Under the pieces are notes generated by a model, which had not been told where the DNA came from, did not search any database, and saw nothing but the letters and a program-made list of their open reading frames with translations. A stretch of DNA of 64,000 nucleotides from Azolla caroliniana (lineage: Eukaryota; Plantae; Polypodiophyta). This document shows positions 13,603 to 25,091 of the stretch, one piece after another; positions within the stretch are counted from its first letter, which is position 1, and the number at the start of each line of letters is the position of its first letter. Where the stretch lies: the NCBI GenBank assembly GCA_043228905.1, contig JBHGNT010000016.1:10168001-10232000 (forward strand), given 5' to 3'. The position numbers were made by a program, and so were the translations under genes.

Positions 13603-13908
13603 TTTCTGTGTCAATTTCGCTCTGATACCACTTGTTGGGAACTCGATGTTCCTTATGTCCGACGCTCGGCCACAACCAAGATTCTTTACATACACAGAAA
13701 AACAGGTAATGAAACGAGATACAAAAGAGGAGGAATGGTACACAGGAGGTATACGTGGAAAACCCCAAAATAGGGGAAAAACCACGGCAGCCCACAAGCT
13801 GCAAACTGTCACTATGTAGAGATGTACAACAGTGAGATCACTGAGGCAACGACCTCGAGCTCTCAGATCTTCGCCACAGGCAGCGGTTACAACAGAGGCA
13901 ACGACCTC

Positions 13909-13965
<57 letters not shown>

Positions 13966-16900
13966 CAGTTACGCGCTCAGATTTCTTCTTGCACCAACTA
14001 CAAAGAATAATCACAAAACGACAACAACAAAAAAAAACCCAAAGTTTGCCCTAAGTCATATTTATACTAATATGACTTTTCGGCTATTTACAAATGTAAC
14101 CTTGATGGGCTCCATCCGGCTCTCCGCAGTCGGGTACTCCTCATCCAGCTTTCCGCAGTCGGGCCTACACCATCCGACTCTCCGCAGTCGGGTACTCCTC
14201 ATCCGGCTTTCCGCAGTCGGGCCTACACCATCCGGAGGGACCTGTCTACCAACACTATGTACATGTGCCGGATGAGAAGCGGAGAAAATTGGATGCAAAA
14301 TCGGAAAAATGCATCCTAGTCGGCTATGCTCAAGAGCAAAAGGGGTATCAGTGTTATAACCCCGGACGAAGCAGGTCTGAGTCAGCCGAGATGTCGAGTT
14401 TGATGAATCGACATCGTGGTATTCCTTACCGACTCCGACTTCCGATCCTGACCCGATGTCGGAGGATGGGGCTAGTGAGCCCGAACCGGCCCAGGTAGAG
14501 AAAGATGAAGTCGGGACTCAAGATGAGAGTCCGGAATCGTTCCGGTTAAGCGGACCAAATGAGAGACTGGATCAGTCCAACCAGTTGGATGAGGAGACGA
14601 CGAGTAGTGGAGACTCTGTCGTGCTCTCCCTGCGCAAGGAACCGAGGAGACGGTTCACACGCAAAGAGAAGGGGAAGCAGAAGATGTCGGAATTCGAGAC
14701 CAGCAATGATGAGTTGGATCGTTTCGTATCTGACTTTGGCAAGGACATAGGCAGATCTTCGGGAATGAAGACCGAACTGGCCAAGAAGGGTCTCATACCA
14801 GGTAATGGGGAGTTACGCCGGTCCACCCGCCAGAAGGATCCCGTTAAACGGTACGGGTATAATGAGTACATGGCGCATCATTATGCGTACATGACCAAGG
14901 TGGCGGAAGTGTGTGAGCCAGAGAGCTATGCAGAAGCGGCAAAGGACGCAAATTGGCGTGCCGCTATGGAGGAAGAAATGTGGGCACTGGATGCCAACAG
15001 AACTTGGGACCTGGTTGACCCTCCCCGTCACTGTAAACCGATCGGATGCAAGTGGGTGTACAAGGTAAAGTACAATGTTGACGGTACAGTTAACCGGTAC
15101 AAGGCCCGGTTAGTGGCGAAGGGATATGCGTAGACCCATGGAATCTATTACGACGAGACCTTGCGCTCCCGTAGCGAAGATGACGACAGTTCGTGTGGTA
15201 CTGGCGGTTGCTGCGGCAAGGGGGTGAACAAGTCGGCGGTATGCCGGCTGAGGAAGTCGTTGTACGGCTTGAAGGAAGCCCCTTGTGCTTGGAATGCTAA
15301 GATCACGCATCGGTTGCGAAAGATGGGGTTTGTTGCCTCTAAGTCAAACTCTTCCCTGTTCATCCGTCAAGGCTCAAACGATCCGGTATGTAACTTACTC
15401 TATGTTGATGATTTTGTCATTACCGGCCCAGGTTTTCCGGAAATCAACTGAGTCAAGTCCCAGTTGTCGGACGCATTCGATATGAAGGACTTGGGGGACC
15501 TTCATTATTTCTTGGGGATCGAGGTGATCCGCATCGCCGATGGCATATTGCTTTCTCAACGCCATTATGTGTTGAATATGTTGTACAAGTTCGGCATGAC
15601 GGAATGCTGACCTGTCTCCACACCCCTGGACCGGAACCAAAAGATCCGTCCCAACTCTGGACCGGCATGTGATGAGAAACAATTCCGACAAATAGTCGGA
15701 AGCCTGATCTACTTGACCATCACCCGACCCGACATTAGCTATCCGGTCGGAGTGGTAAGCCAATTCATGCAGAAGCCGACCATGGAACACCTTCAGTGCG
15801 CGCAACAAATACTGAGGTATGTAAGCGGCACTAAGGACCGGGGGCTCTTATACCGGCAAGGTATAACCAAAGAGCTTGTCGACTACACGGATGCCGACTA
15901 GGCTGGCGATGCAACGAATCGTCGCTCAACGTCCGGCTTTATGTTTTCTCTTGGGAGCGTGCCTGTTGCGTGGAGCAACAAAAAGCAGCCAACAGTGGCT
16001 CTATCCAGCACTAAGGCTAAATACCGGGGCGCGACCGTTGCCACCTGCGAAGCCATTTGGCTTCGGCGACTGCTGCAAGACCTGCGGTTCGAGGTACCGA
16101 CCCCGATCCTGATCTACTGCGATAACCTCAGCAACATGCAGCTCGCCAAGAACCCTGTGTTCCATGCTCGCACAAAGCACATAGAAGTGCATTATCACTT
16201 CGTGCGTGAGCGGGTCCTGAGCGGTGAAGTTGAACTACGGTATGTTCACACGGATCGGAAAGTTGCCGACATCTTCACCAAGCCGCTTGGGTCGGACAAG
16301 TTGCAGCACTTTACCGAAATGCTTGGTGTTCAGCATCTCGACGTGCCGGACTTGAGGGGGAGACAAAACTGTTGAACCCGTAGGTAAGAGAAGAACCGGT
16401 AGAGGTGGAGACAAGAAGAAAAATGAAGCCGAGTCGACGAAGGAAGTTGGCACATCCGAACAAATCCGAGTGAGCGGCTGTGAAGAAGAAGTGTACACTC
16501 AGGAAGACAAGTGCATGCTATGCGGAGGTTATAACGATCTTAATGGCCATGATGCGGAGTTGAATGAAGAATTCGACTTCGGTGAACCGGCTGAAGAAGC
16601 CAAGGGAAGCACGGAGAAGGCCAAGACCCGGACGTGGTCCGATGTGGTGAGAGGCCCGAAGCCGAAAATCGAATTGGAGGATACCGATTCGGACAAGAGC
16701 TGGAACGAGTCGGAGACAGCCGATTCAGATCAACAGACGGATCCAGATGAGTTAGATCAACGAGAGGCCAAGGAGACACGGACGCAGCGGAAGTCGATGC
16801 CATCGCGGAGGAACCGACGGATCGGCAAGTGTCGGAGTCATAGCAATGAAGGAGCTGAGATGGGCCTATTGAGCAGACATGCCGAAGGTCGAGGCACGCA

Positions 16901-18020
16901 GAACCAAAGGGGTCGCGGCAAACGGGGCCGGACTGGACAAGGAGCGCGAGCAAGTCGAAGCGACGCCAGGAGAAGTCGGTTTGAAGAACCGGCTGCCATA
17001 GAGATTGACACTACGACCCTACCTCAGGTTGAGCTTGAGGGCGAGTGTTGAGTGGCAAGCTCAACTGGAGCCGGATCGGCTAAATAAGCCTGAGCCGGTA
17101 AGCGAGATGAATCGGTATGCCAGTGAGCAACCGAGCCGGTAAGCAGTAAGGACCGGTGAGCTGGGGAGCCGGTATGCCGGATCCAATCCGTAACCGGAAG
17201 CCTAGTATAGGTTAGACTACTAGGCAGTTATAGTCTCATAGTTAGTGTCAGACGCTCGTGTGAGTATTGAAGTACATCGTACTTCTAACAGTCCCGTGTG
17301 AACTTGTATAAATAGTGTTGATGAGCGCGTTGTAGATACAGAGTACAAAGCTCAGAGTATTCATATAATTTTGAAAAATAGTGTGTCCCTCTCTCTATCT
17401 CTCCCGCGTACTCTCTCTCTCCTTGTGTATTGTTCTTTCTAACGCTTCCGCAAGAAATCTTGCACACCCTTTTCTTTTCTTTTTTTCTGCAAATACACTT
17501 GCATCAAGGAACATCAGTTTCATCTCCAGTTCCCTTTCATGTGTCCCACATGGCATTGTCATGAAGATCCGTCACAACGCGCGGATCGTTAGGCGGAACC
17601 GTCGGGGTTCTGGACCGGAAAGATTCAAAGTCGGTACAAGCTTTCGCGCAAGCTTTAGCGAGAAAGTACTTAAGATAGATTGGGAAAGAGAGAAGTTGAG
17701 ATTACACGATTGAGAGAGATTGATTGAACTTTTAACTTTAGATTTAAGAAACAAGTTACACGATCAATTTGATAACGAATTTCTTCTTCTTAATTTCATA
17801 ACAAAAAAACCCCCCCTTTTTCTCCTCCCCCTTCCTTCTTTTATAGATGCTCTCATGCATATGATGCATGTGAGGGTACAAGACATGCATAAAATGCATG
17901 TTTGCCATTTGGTGCTTATGTATTACATGTGGTGCATGATAACCATGTCACTCATTTTAGCTCTCATGTATGAGAATTTACATGTAAAAGTACAATGATA
18001 GAAATATAAATTCAATTAAA

Positions 18021-18090
18021 TGGCATAGCTTAATGGTAAGCCAATTGACTCCTAACTCGGAGGTGCAAGGTTCGAATCCTTACTTGCCCT
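18021..18090 (+). promoter_or_regulatory. tRNA-derived Pol III A-box/B-box module in the E 3' LTR, antisense to the element
   Basis: A box TAGCTTAATGG (18026-18036) with D-arm GCTT/AAGC, CTCCTAA loop-like heptamer, B box GGTTCGAATCC (18069-18079) with T-arm AAGG/CCTT. Acceptor and anticodon stems are degenerate. Confidence 0.75.
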
Positions 18091-18849
18091 CCTTGTATAT
18101 GTATATATGTATATATATTTATATATTTATTTATCTAGTCACCGGACGCCGGTTCCCGGATGTCGTCGTCTCACCTGCCCCGGATGCCGTTACCTCATTG
18201 TCGCCGGTTGCCGCAGGATACTGGTGCCGTTGTCGAATGCCGTCATCTCACCGGCGCCGTCGTTACCTCGTCGTCGCCGGTTGCCGTAGGATACCGGTAC
18301 CGCCGTCGTCTCACCGGCGTCGGATGCCGCCGGATTGCCGGTGTCTCACTGGCGCCGGATGCCGCCGGATCATCGGCTCCATCGCCGGTCCGGTTTTGGT
18401 TGGCCAAAACCCTTTACATGTAGCTAGCCCACCTCCACTCTTAGTTCAAGTGACCTTGAACTCTCTATGCTCCACACATAGACACAAAGATAATATCTTT
18501 TGCTCTACCTTATATATGATGAGAACCGTATTTGTCGTGCCTATGTGGGATATCTCACAATTTTCTCTTTTCCTTTCACAAACTTTATACCCTCATATCT
18601 TGACATTTAGTTGTCTGTTTCTCGTGTAATAAAGTGCATTCGAAACCTCCATGATTTTGTACTTAGATATTAAATTTATTTAAAATGTTATCTTCACAAT
18701 TATTGTATTATGTGATTCATACTCGATTTTGTACGTTTTATGGGATTTTCACACTATTGCCGAAAATCTTCACGACATCCACCCCCACCAAACCGCACGT
18801 CCTCCGGTACGTGCCAAGAACAGAGAAAGTGAGATTTCGGCTACGGTGA

Positions 18850-20031
18850 TCAATTAGATTCCTCCATGTCTTCTTTTACATCCGCCCTATTATGTTCATC
18901 GTCGAGGTAATCGAGGTCGGGATCCTTGTCTTGTCTTTTCTTGAAAATCTTTACTCTTTTTCCCGCAATGGGTATAGCCAACCTTGATCCGTCTAGTTCC
19001 GCAAGGTGGTATGTGGCATTATCGTTGGCACTTGTCACCACATACAGCCCGAACCATCTTCTTGCGAACTTCCTTGTTGTACTGTGTTGATTGTCAAGGG
19101 TGCTGTTGTAAACCAAAACCCAATCCCCTTCTTCAATCTTCTTGGGACGAAGTCGATGCGTGTTGTCGAACCGAACTTTGTTCTTTACTCGGGCTACCTC
19201 CATCATCTTTCGCGCTTTTTCTAAATCTTCAGGTCTTCTTTCAAGTTGCCTTATCCGCGCCACTAATAACTCTTCTCGGCTCATCTTGTTCTCCCACGGT
19301 ATCGCTACCCATGAGGCGATCGTCCTTTCGATGGGCATAATCGGCTTTTGTCCATACATAAGCTCCGTCGGCATATACCCTGTCACCGAGCTATGTGTCG
19401 TTCTATCGGCCCACAAGGCATAGGGTAATAGTCGTGGCCAATTCCCGACTCGACCGTTGCATGCCCGTACGATGGCTTTAATGATAGGTCCATGCCCTCC
19501 CTCGATCTTCCCATTCGCTTCCGGATTGTAGGCAGTCGTGAAGGAGAGCTTCACGCCTAGTCTTTCGAAGAGCTCCGTCGCTTCATGCGCGTCCAACTCC
19601 CCTCGGTCGGCCACTATCTTCCCTACACATCCATATTGGCAAACAACCTCTTCAAGCAGAAATTTGCAAACGGCTGAAGCCGTCTTATTTGTCAAGGCTC
19701 GTCCTTCCACTTGATTTGTCAAGTCTTCCCTTGCCAGCGCTAAGTACTTCATTTGTCCCACTCCCATTGGCATCGAGACCAGATCCACCATCCATTTGAA
19801 GTGTACGGTGAGTGGGTATGTCGGTTGTAACTCATCACGATGACGTATATTTGAATATATTTGGCAAGTTTCGCATGTGGACACGAAATGGAGTACATCT
19901 TTGTACATGCTTGGCCACCAGTAATTCTCCTTCAACTTTTCGAACGTTGCCAATGTTGCTCTATGACATGCCAAAGCACTCTCGTGGAATTCGGTCATCA
20001 GCGTCTCTTGCTCTTCTTTCTTTACCACCAC
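18850..20031 (-). CDS. int: Gypsy integrase domain of element E (open segment of a broken pol)
   Basis: FHES...HRAT...YWWPSMYKDV...CETCQ, WMVDLV, IVADRGE, YNPEANGKIE, RWFGLY. Confidence 0.9.
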   Translation of the reverse strand: MVVKKEEQETLMTEFHESALACHRATLATFEKLKENYWWPSMYKDVLHFVSTCETCQIYSNIRHRDELQPTYPLTVHFKWMVDLVSMPMGVGQMKYLALAREDLTNQVEGRALTNKTASAVCKFLLEEVVCQYGCVGKIVADRGELDAHEATELFERLGVKLSFTTAYNPEANGKIEGGHGPIIKAIVRACNGRVGNWPRLLPYALWADRTTHSSVTGYMPTELMYGQKPIMPIERTIASWVAIPWENKMSREELLVARIRQLERRPEDLEKARKMMEVARVKNKVRFDNTHRLRPKKIEEGDWVLVYNSTLDNQHSTTRKFARRWFGLYVVTSANDNATYHLAELDGSRLAIPIAGKRVKIFKKRQDKDPDLDYLDDEHNRADVKEDMEESN

Positions 20032-23000
20032 TCGACGTGGTATTCCTGTCCTTCTTTTTGGATGTCACCAAAGGAATCCTCCCTTCAAGAAGTATCGGTA
20101 AGCTTTCTTTCGGATTCGTAGGGCCTCCTCCTTTGTCAACGAAGCATCTGTCGTCAATGTTCTTAGGAATCTACCGATGAGTAACCACTCTCCTTCGTAC
20201 TCCTTCTCGTTGAAGGCGTGGAGGGTTTGTGTGTCCTGGTCTTCCGCCGACAATCGAGCCATCTTGAAGAAGTCGAGGGCGACATCTTCATCTTCCGAAA
20301 CCATGTTACTTCCGTTTGAAAATCTCGCCCTCGATAGCATGTCAGCCATGGCGTTCTTCTTCCCTGTAATGTGACGAATCTCTTGGTTTAAAGACTTTAT
20401 GTAGGCGATCCACCTTAGCATAGCAAGATCTGGGGTCGCACATCCCGAGACCATTCCGAGAATTGGGAGACAATCTGTCTCTATTATCACTTCTTACCCG
20501 ATCAGGTAATCTTTGTCCGTCTTCACTGCCGACACAATACCCCAAAGTTCCAGCTTGACTTGGGCATATCTTTGTTGCCGTTCGCTGAGAACATTTGCTC
20601 CGAACCGGACGGCATATCACACATTATCTTCACCTTCTTGATTGATGACCCACCCGATTCCGGTTGGGCTCGTATCTACGGTCACGTAAATTGGTTTCCC
20701 TTCAGCATAGTTGGCCTTCCTTAGTGTCGGAGCTTCAAGAAGCAGTTTCTTTAATCTTCGCATCGCATTTGTGTGCTCATCTCGCCATTCGAACTTCATT
20801 CTTTTCTTTAGTAGTCCATATAACGGTTCGGCGACATGAGCGTAGTGAAGAATCCATATATGATAAAACCCGCACGCTCCAAGGAACCTTCGAACCTCCG
20901 TTTGATTTTCGCATTCTTCTTTCATGTCTTGGATTGCATTCACTTTGGATGGCGAGGGCTTCCGGTCGTATGCTCCACACAAGTGACCTACCACCAAGAT
21001 CTCCGGTTGCCCAAATGCGGATTTTTCTCCCGAAAATGTCAAATTCGCATCTTCGAGCCTTTGAAGCACCTTCTCGCAATCTTTCATATGATCCGCAACG
21101 AACTTTCTACAAACTTCCTTATCTTTCGATTCATCTTTCTCCTCATCCGAACATCCTTTTATCGGAATATCATCCAAGAATGGCATCGTGATGTCCGGGA
21201 TGCAATCCTTCAAGACTTTATTCATGGCATTCACCATATGAGCCACCGAGTTCGTTGCGCCTTAGGGTAAGGTACACATCTGCACAAGCCCGATCGGAGT
21301 CCTCATGGTTGTAATGTCCCGATTGTCGATCGCCAATTGGAATTGGTCATAGCCGGAGTAGGGATCGCCAATGGAGTAGATGGACCGGCCCGCAAACGCT
21401 TCGGCAAATTCGTCCACGCTCAGACCGATTCCGGCATTTCGAATTGTCACCTTGTTGACGGGTTGAAGATCTTGGATGAATCACAATGATCCATTCTTCT
21501 TCGGCACTGTGAACCACCTATTGGAATAAGGAGCATTCGACGGTCCTAGAATTCCCATACTCACCTTCTCCTTTAAGAGCTCGATCAGCTTCGGAAGGTG
21601 TGCTCTCGGAACCGGTATCGGTTTCAAATTCCAAGGCACATGAGGCACCGTGAAGATCACCATCGGCTCTATAACCTTTGGGTCGGCGCATCCGATTTCT
21701 CGTGGGAAGAATGTGAAAGCCTTCCCATGTCTCTCAAGCATATCCCGAAACATTGGCTCCTCTTCAGGGAGAAGGAAATCCTCCCCTCCAACTCGTAGCT
21801 TCCCCTTCGTCTCTTTGGTGAAGACATGACCTATCTTCTTCAGATCTCTTAAGCTTGGATCGTTAGCGACTTCCTTCATCTTTTGCCAGCTATCTTCCGG
21901 TAGCGGAGCCGCAACTGGCTTGATCTTCTTATCTACCGTTTTATATTTCGTGTTGATGTCAGCTTCCTTCATCGAGATGCCACGATGGTATTCATCGATG
22001 ATAGCGTACATGTTGATGGAGTTAACCGAAATCACGCGTTGGTTGTGAAGATAGCTCAAGTCCACGACGTCCTCGATTTCACCGATGGTGTCGTTAAATG
22101 AGGCTTCTTCCATGATATGAGTCATGAACTCTCCTTCTTCTATTATGTTTTCTTCTTTCAGCATCTTCTCGAATTCTTGTATCCGGTGCTTGTGCTTCTT
22201 GTCGGGTAGTACTAGTTTACATGCGCCACTAGGTGTGACACATGTTGCTTCTCCTCGCAATCCACGCACTCTTCTTTCTTGTGGGGTCTTGTGATTGCTC
22301 GGACTATTTGTGCCCCATGCTTCAATAGTCCGCTCTAAAAATCCAAGGATTCGCCTCCGAGACAATCTCGATTCCTTTTATGATTGGCTCGCACCGTTAG
22401 GAATTGGACCGATCTTTGGTTGTCAAGACTCTTTATTCGTGTGAAGGCTGCTCCATTATCGAACACTTTGGTCTCCATCCGAGATGATGTGATATAAGGT
22501 TTCCCTAGGATGACAAGATGCGACGCCGATTCTTGTACGAAGAAGTGTTGATCCATCTCCACATCCCCGATCGTGACTTTGATATTGGGACAAGCTCCGT
22601 ACAAGTCCTCCATAGACTTTGTTGCCATGCGAATCTTCCATCCATGGTTTGTATTGATTGGCCATCTTCCTTTTTTGTAGAAGTCAGTTGACATGAGGTT
22701 GATCTCCGAGCCGTGGTCGATCAAGGCTACCATGGTCTCTTTCTTCTCCCCGATCTTCAGCGGCGTCTCCGTTGTCGCTCGTGCCCAATGAGGTCGAGTG
22801 TAGTGGCTTTCCACCATATCTTCATTGATTTCGTCTCTTGCCATCGTTATGGCATTCGTTTTTGCTTTTTGCGGCTTCTCTTCTTCCTCGTCTGATTGTT
22901 GTCTCTTTCTCTTTGCAAGGTCCACGATTGTGTCATGGAACTCCTTCTTCGTAATGCCAAGCAATTCCCTCAAGGACAAAGTTACGTGGCTATCAAGAAC

Positions 23001-25021
23001 TCGTTCTTTGAGAATCTTCTTTAGGTCCGTCGTCTGCTCTATGTCCGACCTTAGCTTATAGGTAGGTATAGTCCTTGTCCTCCGAGCGGGGTCTTCGACA
23101 CCAACCTTCACGGGCCGAACCGTTTCTTCAACTCGTATGCTTGGCTCCCCTTTTCGGCTTGATTCTCGTTCCTCCATTTGTAAAGGTCGACTCGTCTCCG
23201 CATCATCCTTCTTTTTCGCATTCCTTGTTTCATGTCTTTTTGATGGGCCTTGCTCTTCTATTCTCTTTCTCTTTTCTTCGACGAACACCTTGTGGTTGTT
23301 GCACATCACCTCTGCGAGTATGGTGTTGTCGTCCACCGGATCCGACCACCCGGTTATGCTTTGCACGCTTCGGTCCACAAGCTCTACCTCGTTCGATGTG
23401 ACTTTTCCCTTCTCATATTCGAGAACGGAAGTCCAAAACTTTGCTCCCGCTCTAGCAGCTTCAGTCAACGCAGCATAGTGCATCGCATCCACATGAGTCG
23501 CATCGGCATCCTCCATAGATTTCTTCATTCCTCCGCTTCCGAAATTCACCCGTAGGGGACTTCTAGTCTTGCTTGAGCAGATCATGCTGTCCTCTATGTA
23601 TACGATATTTTGTCGAATCGCCTCTCGAAGACTCGCACAATCCCTTCTCATGTGGTCCATGCTATCGCACCACACGCATCTAAAGGGTTCTTTTCCTTTA
23701 GGGACCCGACGATTCATGTTGGCTAGCGTGACCTTCTCGAACTTCTTCGCTAGCTCTTCAATGATGTCGTCATCAATCTTCTTTTCTTCCACGTTACTTT
23801 GTCTTGGCGGCTCAGCTACTTTCGGCAGTCTTGCTTTCTCCGTGGTAGTCGATCCCGTCAAGTCGGTGTCATCAACCCATTGGCGACGCTTGTCGAGCCT
23901 ATTGCATGCCCGCTTCACCGCGATCCAGTCCGCTACGAGCCCATTTGCTTGGGTATCATCTTCGAGAAAAGTCCCCAACTCCCTCCATCCTTTATGTCCA
24001 CGGCCTTCAAGAAGTACAAAGTCTTGTCCTCTTCAAGCAACACTTGGTCTGTATTGGGGAGACGACCAAACATCTGGTCAAATTCGTCGTACACCCTCGA
24101 GACGCTCATCTTCTTATTCTTCTTCTCTATCCACTTCATCAGGGCATGTCGAGTCATCCTCGTTGAGTCTTCAGTCACGAACTCCGCTACTATCGTTTTC
24201 TCAAACTCAGACCATGTTGTCTTACCTTCTTAAAGCTCGATGACGCGTCTTTGGATGTTGTTGGCGACAACTCTCTTGAAGTTTGCGATTTGACGTGCCT
24301 CGGACACGTCCCTCTGATTCATCTCCCTTCTATATGCATCAAGGAACTTTGTAACGTTCCTTCCATCGAATTGGCCCTCGAGCTCTACAACACGATCGAC
24401 AGCCTTCTCCACGCTCGCGTCGTTGTCCCGAGATCTCATCATTTGCTCGACGATTAGCATCATCCTTTCGAGCTCTCCCGCTTGGTTGCTTGAGAACGCC
24501 ATCTCCAAGTATTAATCTCGACTTGATCCATCCTACCTCCTCTTTCACGTCGGGTTCACCACTTAATTATGTCGTGAAGATCCGTCACTACGCGCGGATC
24601 GTGAGGCGGAACCGCCGGGGTTCTGGACCGAAAGGATTCAAAGTCGGTACAAGATTTAGCGAGAAAGTACTTCAGATAGATTGGGAAAGAGAGAAGTTGA
24701 GATTACACGATTGAGAGAGATTGATTGAACTTTTACCTTTAGATTTAAGAAACAAGTTACACGATCAATTTGATAACGAATTTCTTCTTCTTAATTTCAT
24801 AACAAAAAAAACCCCCCTTTTTCTCCTCCCCTTTCCTTCTTTTATAGATGCTCTCATGCATATGATGCATGTGAGGGTACAACACATGCATAAAATGCAT
24901 GTTTGCCATTTGGTGCTTATGTATTACATGTGGTGCATGATAACCATGTCACTCATTTTAGCTCTCATGTATGAGAATTTACATGTAAAAGTACAATGAT
25001 AGAAATATAAATTCAACGAAA

Positions 25022-25091
25022 TGGCATGGCTTAATGGTAAGCCAATTGACTCCTAACTCGGAGGTGCAAGGTTCGAATCCTTACTTGCCCT
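25022..25091 (+). promoter_or_regulatory. Second copy of the tRNA-derived A/B-box module (E 5' LTR)
   Basis: TGGCTTAATGGTAAGC...GGTTCGAATCC, near-identical to 18021-18090. Confidence 0.75.

Larger units (their letters stand above)
8937..14254 (-). mobile_element. Element D: young full-length Ty1/copia (Tnt1/Tork-like); 5' LTR 13633-14254, 3' LTR 8937-9531
   Basis: TSD CTATG (8932-8936 and 14255-14259), PBS-iMet at 13619-13630, PPT at about 9532-9547, near-identical LTRs. Inserted in the INT region of element C. Confidence 0.97.
6311..17466 (+). mobile_element. Element C: full-length decayed Ty1/copia; LTRs 6311-6741 and 17046-17466; contains element D
   Basis: TG...CA LTR pair, TSD CCCTT (6306-6310 and 17467-17471), PBS TGGTATCAGAGC at 6742-6753 (tRNA-iMet). 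Order is gag, PR (WYVDSGASNHM), INT (HSDVWGP, NGVAER), RT (YVDD), RNase H (KHIEVHYHF). Many stops. Confidence 0.95.

Noticed and set aside
10651-13812. Intact 1053-aa polyprotein starting in the LTR
   Set aside because: The true start is probably the ATG at 13602 after the PBS (the match to N begins there), and the ORF ends at a frameshift inside RT.
17720-17998. Duplicated 92-aa Met/His-rich gene (also 24721-24999)
   Set aside because: It is duplicated only because it lies in paired LTRs; the composition comes from ATGCAT motifs.
18021-18090. Functional tRNA-Arg(CCT) gene
   Set aside because: Acceptor and anticodon stems do not pair in register, the G copy has a different loop and there is no adjacent terminator; kept only as a tRNA-derived module.
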